Origin: Ylistrum balloti
Taxonomy: Eukaryota
Length of the DNA: 64,000 bases
NCBI RefSeq assembly: GCF_031769215.1
Contig: NW_026782224.1
Location: 372,001 to 436,000 of the forward strand
Reading direction: 5' to 3'
The notes under the pieces are model-generated. The model was not told where the DNA came from, did not search any database, and saw only the letters and a program-made list of their open reading frames with translations. A program made the translations under genes and the position numbers. Numbering within the stretch: the first letter of the stretch is position 1; each line of letters starts with the position of its first letter. Positions 29,102 to 41,003 of the stretch are shown here, in pieces.

Positions 29102-32100
29102 GTTTTCTGATTGCTTGTACAGAAATGTACAGTGTCACTTGGAGGGTTATGTCTAAGTCGCTTTACTATCTCGGCTAGCGTTTTCTCCTCGTGACAACAT
29201 CGGACAGCAAAGTGTTCGTGGATCCTGTTACAGAAATAGGTTTGTTTCACGCTTCAGGTTTAAATCACATACAAAATGACAAACACAAGTACACTTTAAA
29301 AAGCACAATAATTGGTACAAGTTTATGACTGCTCAAGACTCCGTCAACTATTATATTTTATAACCTGGATATATATGAAGAAATTAATACTTTACAATCT
29401 CGTTGTATCACATTGATTTACTATAACTGACAAAAACCTCTTAACAGATAACATTTGCATGCTGCCAGATTTGACACAGCATACCAACGACCTGCGCGAT
29501 TACATATGAGCTTATTTCTTCTCAATAAAGTAACATAAAGGTTATTATTATTATTTTAATTTTTATAGTTTCTTTTCATCGTTGCCTTAATATAATATAC
29601 TAATGGAAAAAAGTTTGTTTTCGATAATTATTGCTTTACATGATTCATTGATAATAAGTTTATTGTTTGGGTTTTTCGATTATTTCGTCATTACTGGATG
29701 CATTTAAATGTTTTTGATGTCCTATCACAGATGGCGTTTGTGTGAACAAGGGTACCCTACGACTTTCCTAATTCAAATCAGTAGCGTGTGCGCCCACCTC
29801 AGGCTTCAGTTCTTAACACCTATCCCATCAATATGTTTATTGTCCTTTGAGGAATATTATTTCCCTCTTGAATATGGGCATGTGTTAGTTGAGCGTTTCC
29901 TAACCCTTGTGTCCAGCTTGTCCCACAACTGCTCAACTTGGAACAAATTTAGACTGTATGGTGGCAAATCAAGAACTGGGACGTTGTTTTGAGCCAGAAC
30001 GTCACGACAAACCCATCAACATGACGCCTCGCGTTGTCCTGCTGCAACGTAAGGCTACGTTGATGGATAAGAGGAAGGACGTGCGGAATCAAGACCTGGT
30101 CCTGATATGTTGATGGATAAGAGGAAGGACGTGCGGAATCAAGACCTGGTCCTGATGTGTTGATGGATAAGAGGAAGGACGTGCGGAATCAAGACCTGGT
30201 CCTGATATGTTGATGGATAAGAGGAAGGACGTGCGGAATCAAGACCTGGTCCTGATATGTTGATGGATAAGAGGAAGGACGTGCGGAATCAAGACCTGGT
30301 CCTGATGTGTTGATGGATAAGAGGAAGGACGTGCGGAATCAAGACCTGGTCCTGATGTGTTGATGGATAAGAGGAAGGACGTGCGGAATCAAGACCTGGT
30401 CCTGATGTGTTGATGGAACGTGCGGTCAAGACCTGGTCCTGATGTGTTGATGGATAAGAGGAAGGACGTGCGGAATCAAGACCTGGTCCTGATATGTTGA
30501 TGGATAAGAGGAAGGACGTGCGGAATCAAGACCTGGTCCTGATATGTTGATGGATAAGAGGAAGGACGTGCGGAATCAAGACCTGGTCCTGATGTGTTGA
30601 TGGATAAGAGGAAGGACGTGCGGAATCAAGACCTGGTCCTGATGTGTTGATGGATAAGAGGAAGGACGTGCGGAATCAAGACCTGGTCCTGATGTGTTGA
30701 TGGATAAGAGGAAGGACGTGCGGAATCAAGACCTGGTCCTGATATGTTGATGGATAAGAGGAAGGACGTGCGGAATCAAGACCTGGTCCTGATATGTTGT
30801 AAGATTGCCATGGATAATCCTCCTCTGAATCTATCGCTTTCTGTTACTCAACCATCATAATGTCACTCACCATGACGTCGATAGACACGTTGTCGTCCAT
30901 ATGACCTATGTAGCGTGAAGCAAGACTGGTCAGTGAACAGCACAATTCTCCAATGGCCCAAACGGTTAGGTACACGAGCAAGCAGCCATTGCATTAGACA
31001 TTGGCGTCTCCTCTACGTAAATAGCGGACCAATAAAAACTACTTCCCGCAACCGATTCCTAACCGTTTTCGGACACACTGGCCGACCATGAATACTGACA
31101 ACTTGGCGTGCCGTCTGAAGTCTGTTACGGAGGTGCAAGAAACGTCCGCTCCTAGGACGGTCACTAAATGTCCCTATGACTCTGAGAAGTCCAACTAACA
31201 GGGATTATAATGTCTCATGTACACCATATTGTTGGGCTACATTACATTGTGAATGCCCTGCATTATCAGAGCAATGGCCCTACCCCTATCGACATCATCC
31301 TATAGCGGCATCTGTACTGTTCCTATATTTGATTTTTAATGATTGACCAGCACATATGGTGCAGGAGTACCCCGGATGCGCGTTTTCTTGAAAAGTCTTC
31401 TGAAAGCATGCAGCGTCGAGTGGGGTCACGGTCGGCTGAACTTTAACTGAAGAATATGTTCCCAACACAATACACGCAGGTAGCTCAGTGTCAAATTTAA
31501 TCAAATTTCGTCCACGCGTCTAAGAGTCATATTTACAAAACCCGAACTTGCGTTTCTTTTTTCCGTTAGTATATCAAAACCAGCTAGTATAGCTAAAACA
31601 TGATTTTGATATGTTTATAATATTTTATCAAGTATATACATAAGAAATGATTCTCATAATTACCAAACAGAATTAGTCGTCTCATTATTTAAATTGCTTA
31701 TAGGTATAACTGTGTCTAGATTAAATAAAATACCATTTGTAAATGAAAAATGAATTTTCATTGCCAAATGAACTAAGCTTGATTCGCTTTTATCAGTTTC
31801 TGATAAAAGAACAACAACTGTTTGGTTTCGTACAGTTCTACTTTGCACTTCAACATAATGTATATTGAATGAACTCCTGTTCATTATCAAAAAATAGCTC
31901 CGCAAACGCGGGCAATATCCCACAGCCTTATTATAAAGTTAGAAATGTGTGGTTGGGGTGAGTGGAAAGTTATCTCAAGAATGAGATCACCGGAGATCGC
32001 CATTTTCACCGAGCATTTTGGCTCTATGGACGTAAATAAGCCTGTAGATTTTTGTTGGCATTTCCATTCCGCTCATTATGTCAAGACATCACTGCGAATC

Positions 32101-35100
32101 TCCATTTTCATTGGAGATGTTGGGCTTATGGACCTACGGAAGTTTCAGTTCTTGTTATATCCGACATTCTTGAGATAATGAGCGGAATGCAAATTCAACA
32201 TGGCGGCCGATATCGGGCGACGACGAAAAACCGCCATATTGGATATAGCGGAATGCAAATTCAAAAGCGACGACGAAAAACAAAAAAGGTTGTGTAGGAC
32301 CATAAGCCCAACATCCTCAGTGAAAATGGTGATCACCAGTGATGTGGTTCTTGAGATGATGAGTGGAATGCAAATTCAAGATGGCGGCCGTAACCACCAT
32401 ATTGGATATCGGGCGGCGACGAAAAACAATAGGGTTGTATAGGTCAATAGGCCCAACATCCTCAGCGAAAATGGTGACCACCGGTGTTGTCGTTCTTGAG
32501 ATAATGAGCGGAATGCAAATTCAACATGGCGGCCGTAACCGCCATATTGGATATCACGCGGTGACGAAAAACAATAGGGTTGTGTAGGTCCATAGGCCCA
32601 ACATCCCCAGTGAAAATGGTGATGACCGGTGATGTAGTTTTTGAGATAATAAGCGGTATGCAATTGTGGACGGCCGGACGGACGGACGGCGAGACGGACG
32701 NNNNNNNNNNNNNNNNNNNNNNNNNNNNNNNNNNNNNNNNNNNNNNNNNNNNNNNNNNNNNNNNNNNNNNNNNNNNNNNNNNNNNNNNNNNNNNNNNNNN
32801 NNNNNNNNNNNNNNNNNNNNNNNNNNNNNNNNNNNNNNNNNNNNAATACCCCACACCCTTTCGGGCTGTAGAGTAAAAACGGATGTAAAAGAGTATAAGT
32901 AGTTTTCAAGGTGCGCTGATAGAGACGGAATAATGGGATACTGTCAGCAAATGATTCGTTTTATACATTACAACTTATTTTAAAATGCTTTACTCAAACC
33001 AAGCGTGTCCAGTTTTAAATGCTTTCACGTCCTCCAAACGTTCTCGATACTCGTTCGAAGTGGAGCCAATCCTCATAAATTCCCCATCACTTGAAAAGTC
33101 ATCAAGATGTTCACTATGGTCTGTCGAAGGTATTTCCATCGAGACGTGTCTATTCACGAAAAGAGGATAGTAGATTATTACAATTTTAACTAATCTTCTC
33201 AAAACCAAATATACCGCTATCCTCATTACAGGGTTTACTTCGGTATTTCTTTGTTATTGTGAGGTAAATTTCAAATTTTACACTACCACATTATGTCATA
33301 CTTCCAAATATGGGAAGTTCGTTAACTGAATATGGATTTATAAAACAAAACGTATTTACCTTCGACTGACACGACTTAGCAACTGCTTTCTAACCAATTC
33401 TAGTCCAGTGAGATATCCGCACATGTGTTTCAAAACACTGGAATACACACAATAACACGAGAAGTTAAGCATACGAAAACCTGTTGAAATACATGAATTA
33501 GCGACATTTTCGAGACATGGAAAACAGCTGCAAGATAATGGCGTGTGTAACAGGTCGTTAAGGACGAATTACTGGATATATTTATTACCAGACGTCCGTT
33601 GTTTCATTTCTGTCATGATACCGGAACATACATTACATGGTCTTAATTTTTATGTAATCTCATTCTTTATTGTGTTTTTATGGAAAGCTTTATTTTCTGT
33701 CTTAGTATTACTGTGCTCTGCGGACTACGCTCTTTGACATTTCGAAAAGTTAGGGCCAAACTATCAATAGGATACTGACCCAAAGACGACATAATGTTAA
33801 GTTAGTCCGCCACATTATCAACAGGATTCTGACACAAAAGACGACATAATGTTAAGTTAGTCAGATCCTTTTCGTTAATGAAGAATTTTTGGAATGTCCC
33901 TTAGCACCGTTAGGTGTGTGTGAGATAAATTCTTCCTAAAGGTCCGATCAATATTTCGAGTTATAATGAATATTCATTGGAAACACAATTTGATATAGAT
34001 AACAGAGAATCGTGACAGTCGGTACATCTTACGTCACCACCGAGGCAACCGTATATAAATATGGGTGTCAAAATACTTTTTATTGTAACTATACATACAT
34101 TCATTATTTTTTTTTACAAAAACATTTCTTATTATTAATTAATCGTTCCTTGTTGATAGTGGGATCGCGATGTACCGATAAACTTCATTCCTAGGAGTGT
34201 CACAAAATGTTTTTCTTCTGATATTTGAATCAGCATCTTTCATACAACAACCTAACATGATTTGTTGCCCCTTATAAAAGGCCTTTTGCGGCCATCTGCT
34301 AAACGGATTATCGAAACACCTAAATCTACCACTACTTTTCTCGATTTTAGTTTATAACTTTGTATTTGTTTTATGTTCTGTGTGTGTGTGATATACTATC
34401 TGTGTAATATCAGTGTCTTGATAGAGGGAGAGACTGCTTCCAGAATTTGACACTTTACTTGTCTGTACTGNNNNNNNNNNNNNNNNNNNNNNNNNNNNNN
34501 NNNNNNNNNNNNNNNNNNNNNNNNNNNNNNNNNNNNNNNNNNNNNNNNNNNNNNNNNNNNNNNNNNNNNNNNNNNNNNNNNNNNNNNNNNNNNNNNNNNN
34601 NNNNNNNNNNNNNNNNNNNNNNNNNNNNNNNNNNNNNNNNNNNNNNNNNNNNNNNNNNNNNNNNNNNNNNNNNNNNNNNNNNNNNNNNNNNNNNNNNNNN
34701 NNNNNNNNNNNNNNNNNNNNNNNNNNNNNNNNNNNNNNNNNNNNNNNNNNNNNNNNNNNNNNNNNNNNNNNNNNNNNNNNNNNNNNNNNNNNNNNNNNNN
34801 NNNNNNNNNNNNNNNNNNNNNNNNNNNNNNNNNNNNNNNNNNNNNNNNNNNNNNNNNNNNNNNNNNNNNNNNNNNNCTCACAATTTTGTTTATAATACCT
34901 ATTTCTGTTCCTTCACATCCAATATATAATCATATATACATGTAAATTACCTAGGAATATCGACCGATCCATTGTCAGTTTGGGAAAATTTGAAAATCGC
35001 TTTCAATTCTGATTCCGACCTGGGCTTGGCTCTATCATGTTTGCACCTGTCGATTAGGAAATGCATATACTAAATCCATTGTACATAAAGAACATATAGT

Positions 35101-35449
35101 TTTACACTCTTTTTAATTACACGGAAATTAAGAAGCCTACTTAATTCACTGGATATTGGATTGTAACATGGGATAATGTTTTCTGGAACAAAAGAGACAA
35201 ATATGACCACCATTTTCTTAATATTTGAAAACAAACTACAGTGAAATCGGTCAGCTGTTAAAACCATTTTATCTAGGGAAATTGTATGTCTTACTGATGA
35301 GTAGGAGGTATGTGTGGAAATTCATCTGCTGCTGCATTTCTCGATACTTCGGCGGGAAAGTGAGCATGTGCCTGGTGAACTTCTGAATGGTCGGTCCGAT
35401 TGTCACCCGATGACGTCTGTGGGCGTGTCCCAATGTTGTCATTATCCAT
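29102..35449 (-). CDS. Probable N-terminal exons of MIEAP-like paralogue A
   Basis: Open phase-2/2 GT-AG exons 35456-35295 (candidate ATG at 35449), 33437-33360, 33149-32994 and 29224-29102 splice in frame onto the core. TDHSE and TGLE motifs recur in other exons of the gene. The donor at 32993 (GTAAAG) is weak, the N gap at 34471-34876 could hide an exon, and the true start is unproven. Confidence 0.6.
29598..31571 (-). mobile_element. Degenerate Tc1 (DD34E-type) transposon with TIRs and TA flanks, intronic in gene A
   Basis: Ends TA|TACTAATGGAAAAAAG and its reverse complement TA|TACTAACGGAAAAAAGAAACGC. Broken minus-strand transposase fragments: DRGRAIALIMQG, RPRSGR, TVRNRLRE, WRIVLFTDQSCFTLHRSYGRQRVYRRHGE, TLQQDNARRH, VLDLPPYSLNLFQVEQLWDKL. 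Confidence 0.85.
30061..30797. repeat. 50-bp tandem array (15 copies, one internally deleted) derived from the Tc1 transposase coding sequence
   Basis: Unit tgatggataagaggaaggacgtgcggaatcaagacctggtcctgat(a/g)tgt. Its reverse complement reads TYQDQVLIPHVLPLIHQ, contiguous with TLQQDNAR. Confidence 0.92.
31950..32880. mobile_element. HINE/Helentron-like non-autonomous repeat: ~144-bp tandem core, (GGAC)n-like microsatellite and 3' hairpin, with an inverted monomer
   Basis: gcccaacatc recurs at 32307, 32451 and 32596. Monomers contain caaattcaa(c/g)atggcggccg...ccatattggat. The core is followed by ggacggacgg, a gap, then ccccacacccTTTCgggctgt. Sequence at ~32070-32145 is a reverse-complement monomer. 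Confidence 0.55.
32701..32845. other. Assembly gap
   Basis: Run of N inside the HINE-like microsatellite. Confidence 1.
34471..34876. other. Assembly gap
   Basis: Run of N inside a predicted intron of gene A. Confidence 1.
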
Positions 35450-38210
35450 TATATTTCTAATCACAAATGGACAATGGTGTTAATAAGCATTGAAAAATAG
35501 ATTTGGCTGTCAGCATAACGAAAAACTGAAATCAAATTACAATGTAACAATCTTAAGTCAATATCTCAATATCAATTGTTCTAATCTATTTTGTACTTGA
35601 CATTTTCTGATGAATATGCATGGCAATGCTGTCAGCACGATGGTTTATTTCCTGTTACACAACCCATTCATGATATCGGAATATCATTAGAGGTATATCT
35701 CAACAGATTGTGATCATCATTAAAACTTCATTATACTTAAGTAAAGAATAATGGGCTCACTAGTTTGGGTTACACTTATCAGAAAAACGGAACGATACAA
35801 AGGTACGTGTGTGAAAACATACTTATCCATATCTTTTGTTCTCACGTCAAGCTACAGTTGTGGGATCATTCTACCTATATTTCAACAGAATTGGTTGGAA
35901 GCATTATTAATCAATAAGAATAATGAATACCGGCGGATAATATATCCTCAATATATGCATTCGAGTGATCTCCCTTACTTTCAAAATTGAATAATACTGT
36001 GATTACCTAAAGCGAAAGTAGAAAATTAAAATCAATGTATGAACAATAAAGCGACATTAAATTATACTTATAGACATTATAACATACCCATGTGTGTCTT
36101 CGCTAACCGAATAAATAAATATGGACAGATACACGTGTTTTACCGTCTACGAAGTCGTGACAACATGACATTCTGTCCGAACAAGGAAGTAATGTTATAA
36201 CCACTTTGTCTTGATCAAAGTCAACACAGATTTTCTGACATTCATCATCTTTTAAACATTGCATGATTGAGTATTTCCGTTTAATTCATCAATCAGTATC
36301 GATTTAAGGAATTATAAATGTACCGTACACATACTACGTTAATTAAACAACATTTTGAATTGGTTGCCATTGGGATTATACAAATACTACAGTAGATACA
36401 CAATATAATCCGCATATCTGAACAAAACGATTTACCATATCCTTGTCGTCCGTACACGTTAGTGTCTGTAGATTTAGATCACATTATCTTTGTATCTTGT
36501 ACAAATCTGATCGCGAGTTATCAACTGTGACCTCAGTATCAATGTATCAAACTGCAGACGAACTTCTGGGAATGCCTCTCAGTCTATATATAGCATAGTG
36601 CCCTACACACATACTGTAAATGTGTCGTTATGTCAATAATTGCCCTTCGCCTTACGTGTACCAACACCTTCGATAAAGTTTCCAACTGCCGCATGAGGAC
36701 TCACTATTTCGGAAAAAATTGGGGATCGATAAACAAATTTTATAAAATTTAATGACTGCATGTTGATATTTTGACTGAAACACAAGTAGATACTATATAA
36801 ATACAAAACGAAAATATATTCACTGTAAATAGTTTAAAATCCATCTGTTACTGAAAATAAAAGCGATAGTTATTATCACAAATTTTTAATCACGTGTAAG
36901 TAATATTGCTGACAGCAGATAACGATGTGTGCTCTATTAATACTACTCAATCTTTGTACTAACCTACGTTAGTGAAATGATGAAAGGAACGAAACGAGTG
37001 TTTGTGGTTTTTGTTAAATGAAACAGTTCTACCTGTATGTCAGTCATTTATAAACCATACCTAATGACAGTCATACCTTGTACATATTTCTGTATCAAAT
37101 TTCATCAACTACGTACTCATGGTGTGTATGATGGCAGGACATATCTATATGCTTGCTTTGTGAGATAGAAAGGTAACTTTAAAGCTGTCTTTGAAATCAC
37201 TCTCCGTTAGTCCGTCCTCATATGAGATTATTATCTTTTTACCAGGTTCGCCCTTAGATAATGAAAATATGTTTCAGTCTTGACTTAAATTTTTAACCAC
37301 TTTCAAATGTTCAGAATATTGGCAAGTAAGAAGTAGAAGACTTCTGAAATGATGTAACATTGTCTTATGAATTTGTGATTTGGAAGCAAATTGGTGAAAA
37401 AAGAAATTTGATAGCAATATTTTGCTTTTTGCAAGCAGTTTGGAAAATAGGGATGCCGGTTATCTATTGTTGCTGTTGTCAGATTTGATATCTATGTTTG
37501 TAATTAGCCATTGTTATATTGCCTGTTTGGTTTAGTTTTACATGCAACCAGATATTTATATTTTAAGAGTTGGTCACGTGATATGTTCGTAAGTATGCTT
37601 GGTGAGTAAGTAGTTAATTTACTTTGTTCTCTTTAGGGAACGGGATATGTCTTAATCGTATTGACTAAAATTTACATGGTGGATGTCACCGATGAAGTAA
37701 AAGGCGCTAACCCTTCCTAAACACATTATCTCATCTTTACTCTAAGATACTATTTCTGCATTGATGGACGCTTACCTCCTGGACCTTCATTTACCCTGTT
37801 GCAAGGAAAGCATGAAAATATCTTCATGGGCCAGTATTTTTTCTTCCATTATCGTTGTTACATACACCGCACATGATATTGAACATTTTATTGTATATGC
37901 CTATATGTGGAATACTATGGCTTTGTGTATTCTGATACTGCATTTCCAAATGGGATTATTCTCATAATCAAATATATGTACTTAGTCAATCTGTTTAAGA
38001 CTGGTCTTCTTCCTTTAGGTTCTGTGCCGCTTCTTGCTATATCACTGGAGATGCATGTTACGGAGCCAGTTCATTAGCTTAATCTATGTATTCGGAACAC
38101 TAAACAAGATTTTCTTTTTTTGGGGGGAGGGAGGTTGGGGGATTTTCGAATTTTCGCATTGTGAACCTTACGTCGAAGTTCTTTATCAACTCCGAGATAA
38201 GGAAGAGTCA

Positions 38211-38600
38211 CGTGTCCTATGAATTGGTCGGTTGATTTCATGGAACCCATCTCACAGTCATCTAGTCACCTGTCCTATGATTCGTTGGTTGATTTCATGG
38301 AACCCATCTCACAGTCATCCAGTCACCTGTCCTATGATTCGTTAGTTGATTTCATGGAACCCATCTCACAGTCATCCAGTCACCTGTCCTATGATTCGTT
38401 AGTTGATTTCACGGAACCCATCTCACAGTCATCCAGTCACGTGTCCTATGATTTGTTGGTTGATCTCATGGAACCCATCTCACAGTCATCCAGTCACGTG
38501 TCCTATGATTCGTTAGTTGATTTCATGGAACTCATCTCACAGTCATCCAGTCACGTGTCCTATGATTCGTTGGTTGATTTCATGCGTCACAGTCATCCAT
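38211..38600. repeat. 57-bp minisatellite, ~6.5 copies
   Basis: gtcctatga recurs at 38214, 38272, 38329 and onward every 57 bp. It explains the repetitive ORF 38219-38755. Confidence 0.93.
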
Positions 38601-39049
38601 CTGGAAAGGTATTTGTGAAAGATTTCCGACCCAATGAAGTTGTCATTATATTTATCTGTTCTTCCTTTGTTTTCTTCAAAATACCAACACTCTACAGGTC
38701 AATGCTGGTCAATGTTCCGGATAATACTACCCGCTGTGCGTTGTTTGTTTCTTAATTTCCAGGAATGTAGGAACATGTTTAAGTAATTATTACATAGTAG
38801 TCTTTGTGTTAATATTAAAAAATAATATTGTTTTTTTTAAAGACTTAAGAACTTTATATACATCATATCATGTATTTTAAACTATATTTCTAATTCGGAA
38901 CATTTCCACGATCTACAAACATAAGCAGTTAAATTCGTTAGGATGACCTTCTTCATACACATTCTGTGCTGTGGCCCTGTTATAGTGTGAAGATATAGCA
39001 ATTATCTCTAGAAATTTCAATGATGACATAAACAACAATAAATAACCAA

Positions 39050-39270
39050 CGTGTGAACATTATCATAATCAAAACTCAAATTCAACACAAACAAGCGTAA
39101 AATATGAACAAAAGAAGTGTTTACATACTCCTGAAATGTAAGGAAAATGCGACCAGGTGTTCAAGAGGAGCAGCCATTTCTGCTTCATCGATAACATCTG
39201 CGATGTAAATCTTGGTCAATCCAAGTAATTAATATCACTTTCTCAAATGAGAACCAGGACATTTACACTA
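39050..39270 (-). mobile_element. Solo 3'-end fragment of the Penelope-like family
   Basis: Matches 27500-27680 and 46620-46880 (caaactcaaattc...gaccaggtgttc...ctgcttcatcga...cttggtcaatcc...tctcaaatgagaac). Confidence 0.6.
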
Positions 39271-41003
39271 GGTTTACAGTTTAGCTCAGTTTACACTATA
39301 AAACAGTCGTCACGAGCTCTGTCCTTTTGTGATCTTAACATCGAAGCCTTTTGACATTCGGAAATCGTGATTGTTTCTTCTGTAATCTCAGTTGTCATCA
39401 ACAAAATGATATTTTGTACTGGAATACCATATATTGTTTCTTTTGTTTCAATAAACATTGATATTTTGCATAAGTATTCAACATGTATATTTCATACATC
39501 GCGTCCTTTTTAAGTGACTTCTCATTGATGGTCACGTGATGGACATGTATGAATAACGGTAAATGCCTAAATATGGATTTGAAATCTGTTATTCAGATAT
39601 TAACTTTTTTTTTCATTTATCAAAAACAATTGTATGATATTCCAGTTGAACACAACATGACTCTATATTTCAAGAGGTAAACAGAAACACATAAGGCCAA
39701 AGCTAATGTTTCCGTCATTGTTTGTTTTCCAGTATTTGGTATTTCCTGGCAGGGATAAGAGATGAGACATTTTGTCATTTATCCGGTGGTATATGTATTA
39801 CCGTCATATGATTCATCCTTAGTGTTATGATTGATTCGATTTCAAACAAATAATAGCAGCAATGACAATGAAATAAACAGTTATGGACGGAGGCTCTATT
39901 TAAAACTTTTGATATGGTTAAAGGCCATTTAAATTATAATATTTTTTTACTGTAAAAATATTAGGGTTGACTTAAAACAGTAAACATCAGTGATAGCATT
40001 TACATATCAACGTAAAATTTCATAATTAAAAGTTATCAAAAGAAAAACATTTGATCTTTAAAAAAATAAAAGCAATAATTTATCAAGGAATTAACAATGT
40101 TTATTGAGCTTGGTATACAGTGGACGGAACTTCTTAGCAAACAGAAAATTATTTTTAAAAAGTCCGTGCCAATTTAGAGCCGAACCTGACTTTTCCGCTG
40201 TTGACAAAAGTATCTTATGCCATTTATCTTCTTTAACCCGAGGACAGCGTTATGACTGTTCGTCCAATCGCCACAGAGTGAACATACGTCATCAAGACTC
40301 AATAATTTGGAAAAGTTAACAGACGTTTTCGAAAGCTCGAGAATACAGTTTTCAATCGCTATTAGTGTTAACCATCGTCTCAAATGAAAACTATAACATA
40401 CATGGACGAAAGGATTAATCACTTGATAAATTTGTTCATAAAGTCAGAACTTTATGGTTAAAACAGAGAATACATGGTCAGTGTCTTAAAACAAAAGCTG
40501 TTTTCGACGAGAGTAAAGAAAGACAAATGTGACGAGGCTCTGGCGAGCCAAGTTTGTCTTTCTGTCTTGAGCCGAAATACAGCTCATATTTTAATACACT
40601 GACCACGTGTTCTGTCTATCATGCAACATTGATTGATAATCAGATTACTGAAAATTAAACAGTTTTGTTGTTTCATCTGTGTTTGTCGGATAAAAGAGCG
40701 ATTTTATGAATATCCATAAATCAACATGTTCATTACAGCACATAAAATTGATTATTTCCACAAGTATTTTTACTTCTAATCGTATTATTAAAGTGAGTCA
40801 TTCTGTCTAAGTACCGCACTTGCTAAAATGCAGTTGTTTTCCGTCACTGCCGAATATAGCAAACATATGTGTAGCAGATGTATTCCAATACTGGCAGTGC
40901 CAGTTGCAGGATAAAATATATATTTTGAAATATGTAACATATCAGCACGTTTTAAACATGTGTTCATTCTAATCAGGGGGTTCATAAGGAACCAATATCT
41001 TCA

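Noticed and set aside
38219-38755. 178-aa plus-strand ORF with a 19-aa repeat
   Set aside because: Explained by a 57-bp minisatellite whose period is a multiple of 3; no independent coding evidence.
36400-40420. Further exon-like segments upstream of gene A (near 37110-37336, 37777-37796, 39294-39419, 40290-40378)
   Set aside because: In-frame stops or incompatible phases; they cannot be supported without transcripts.
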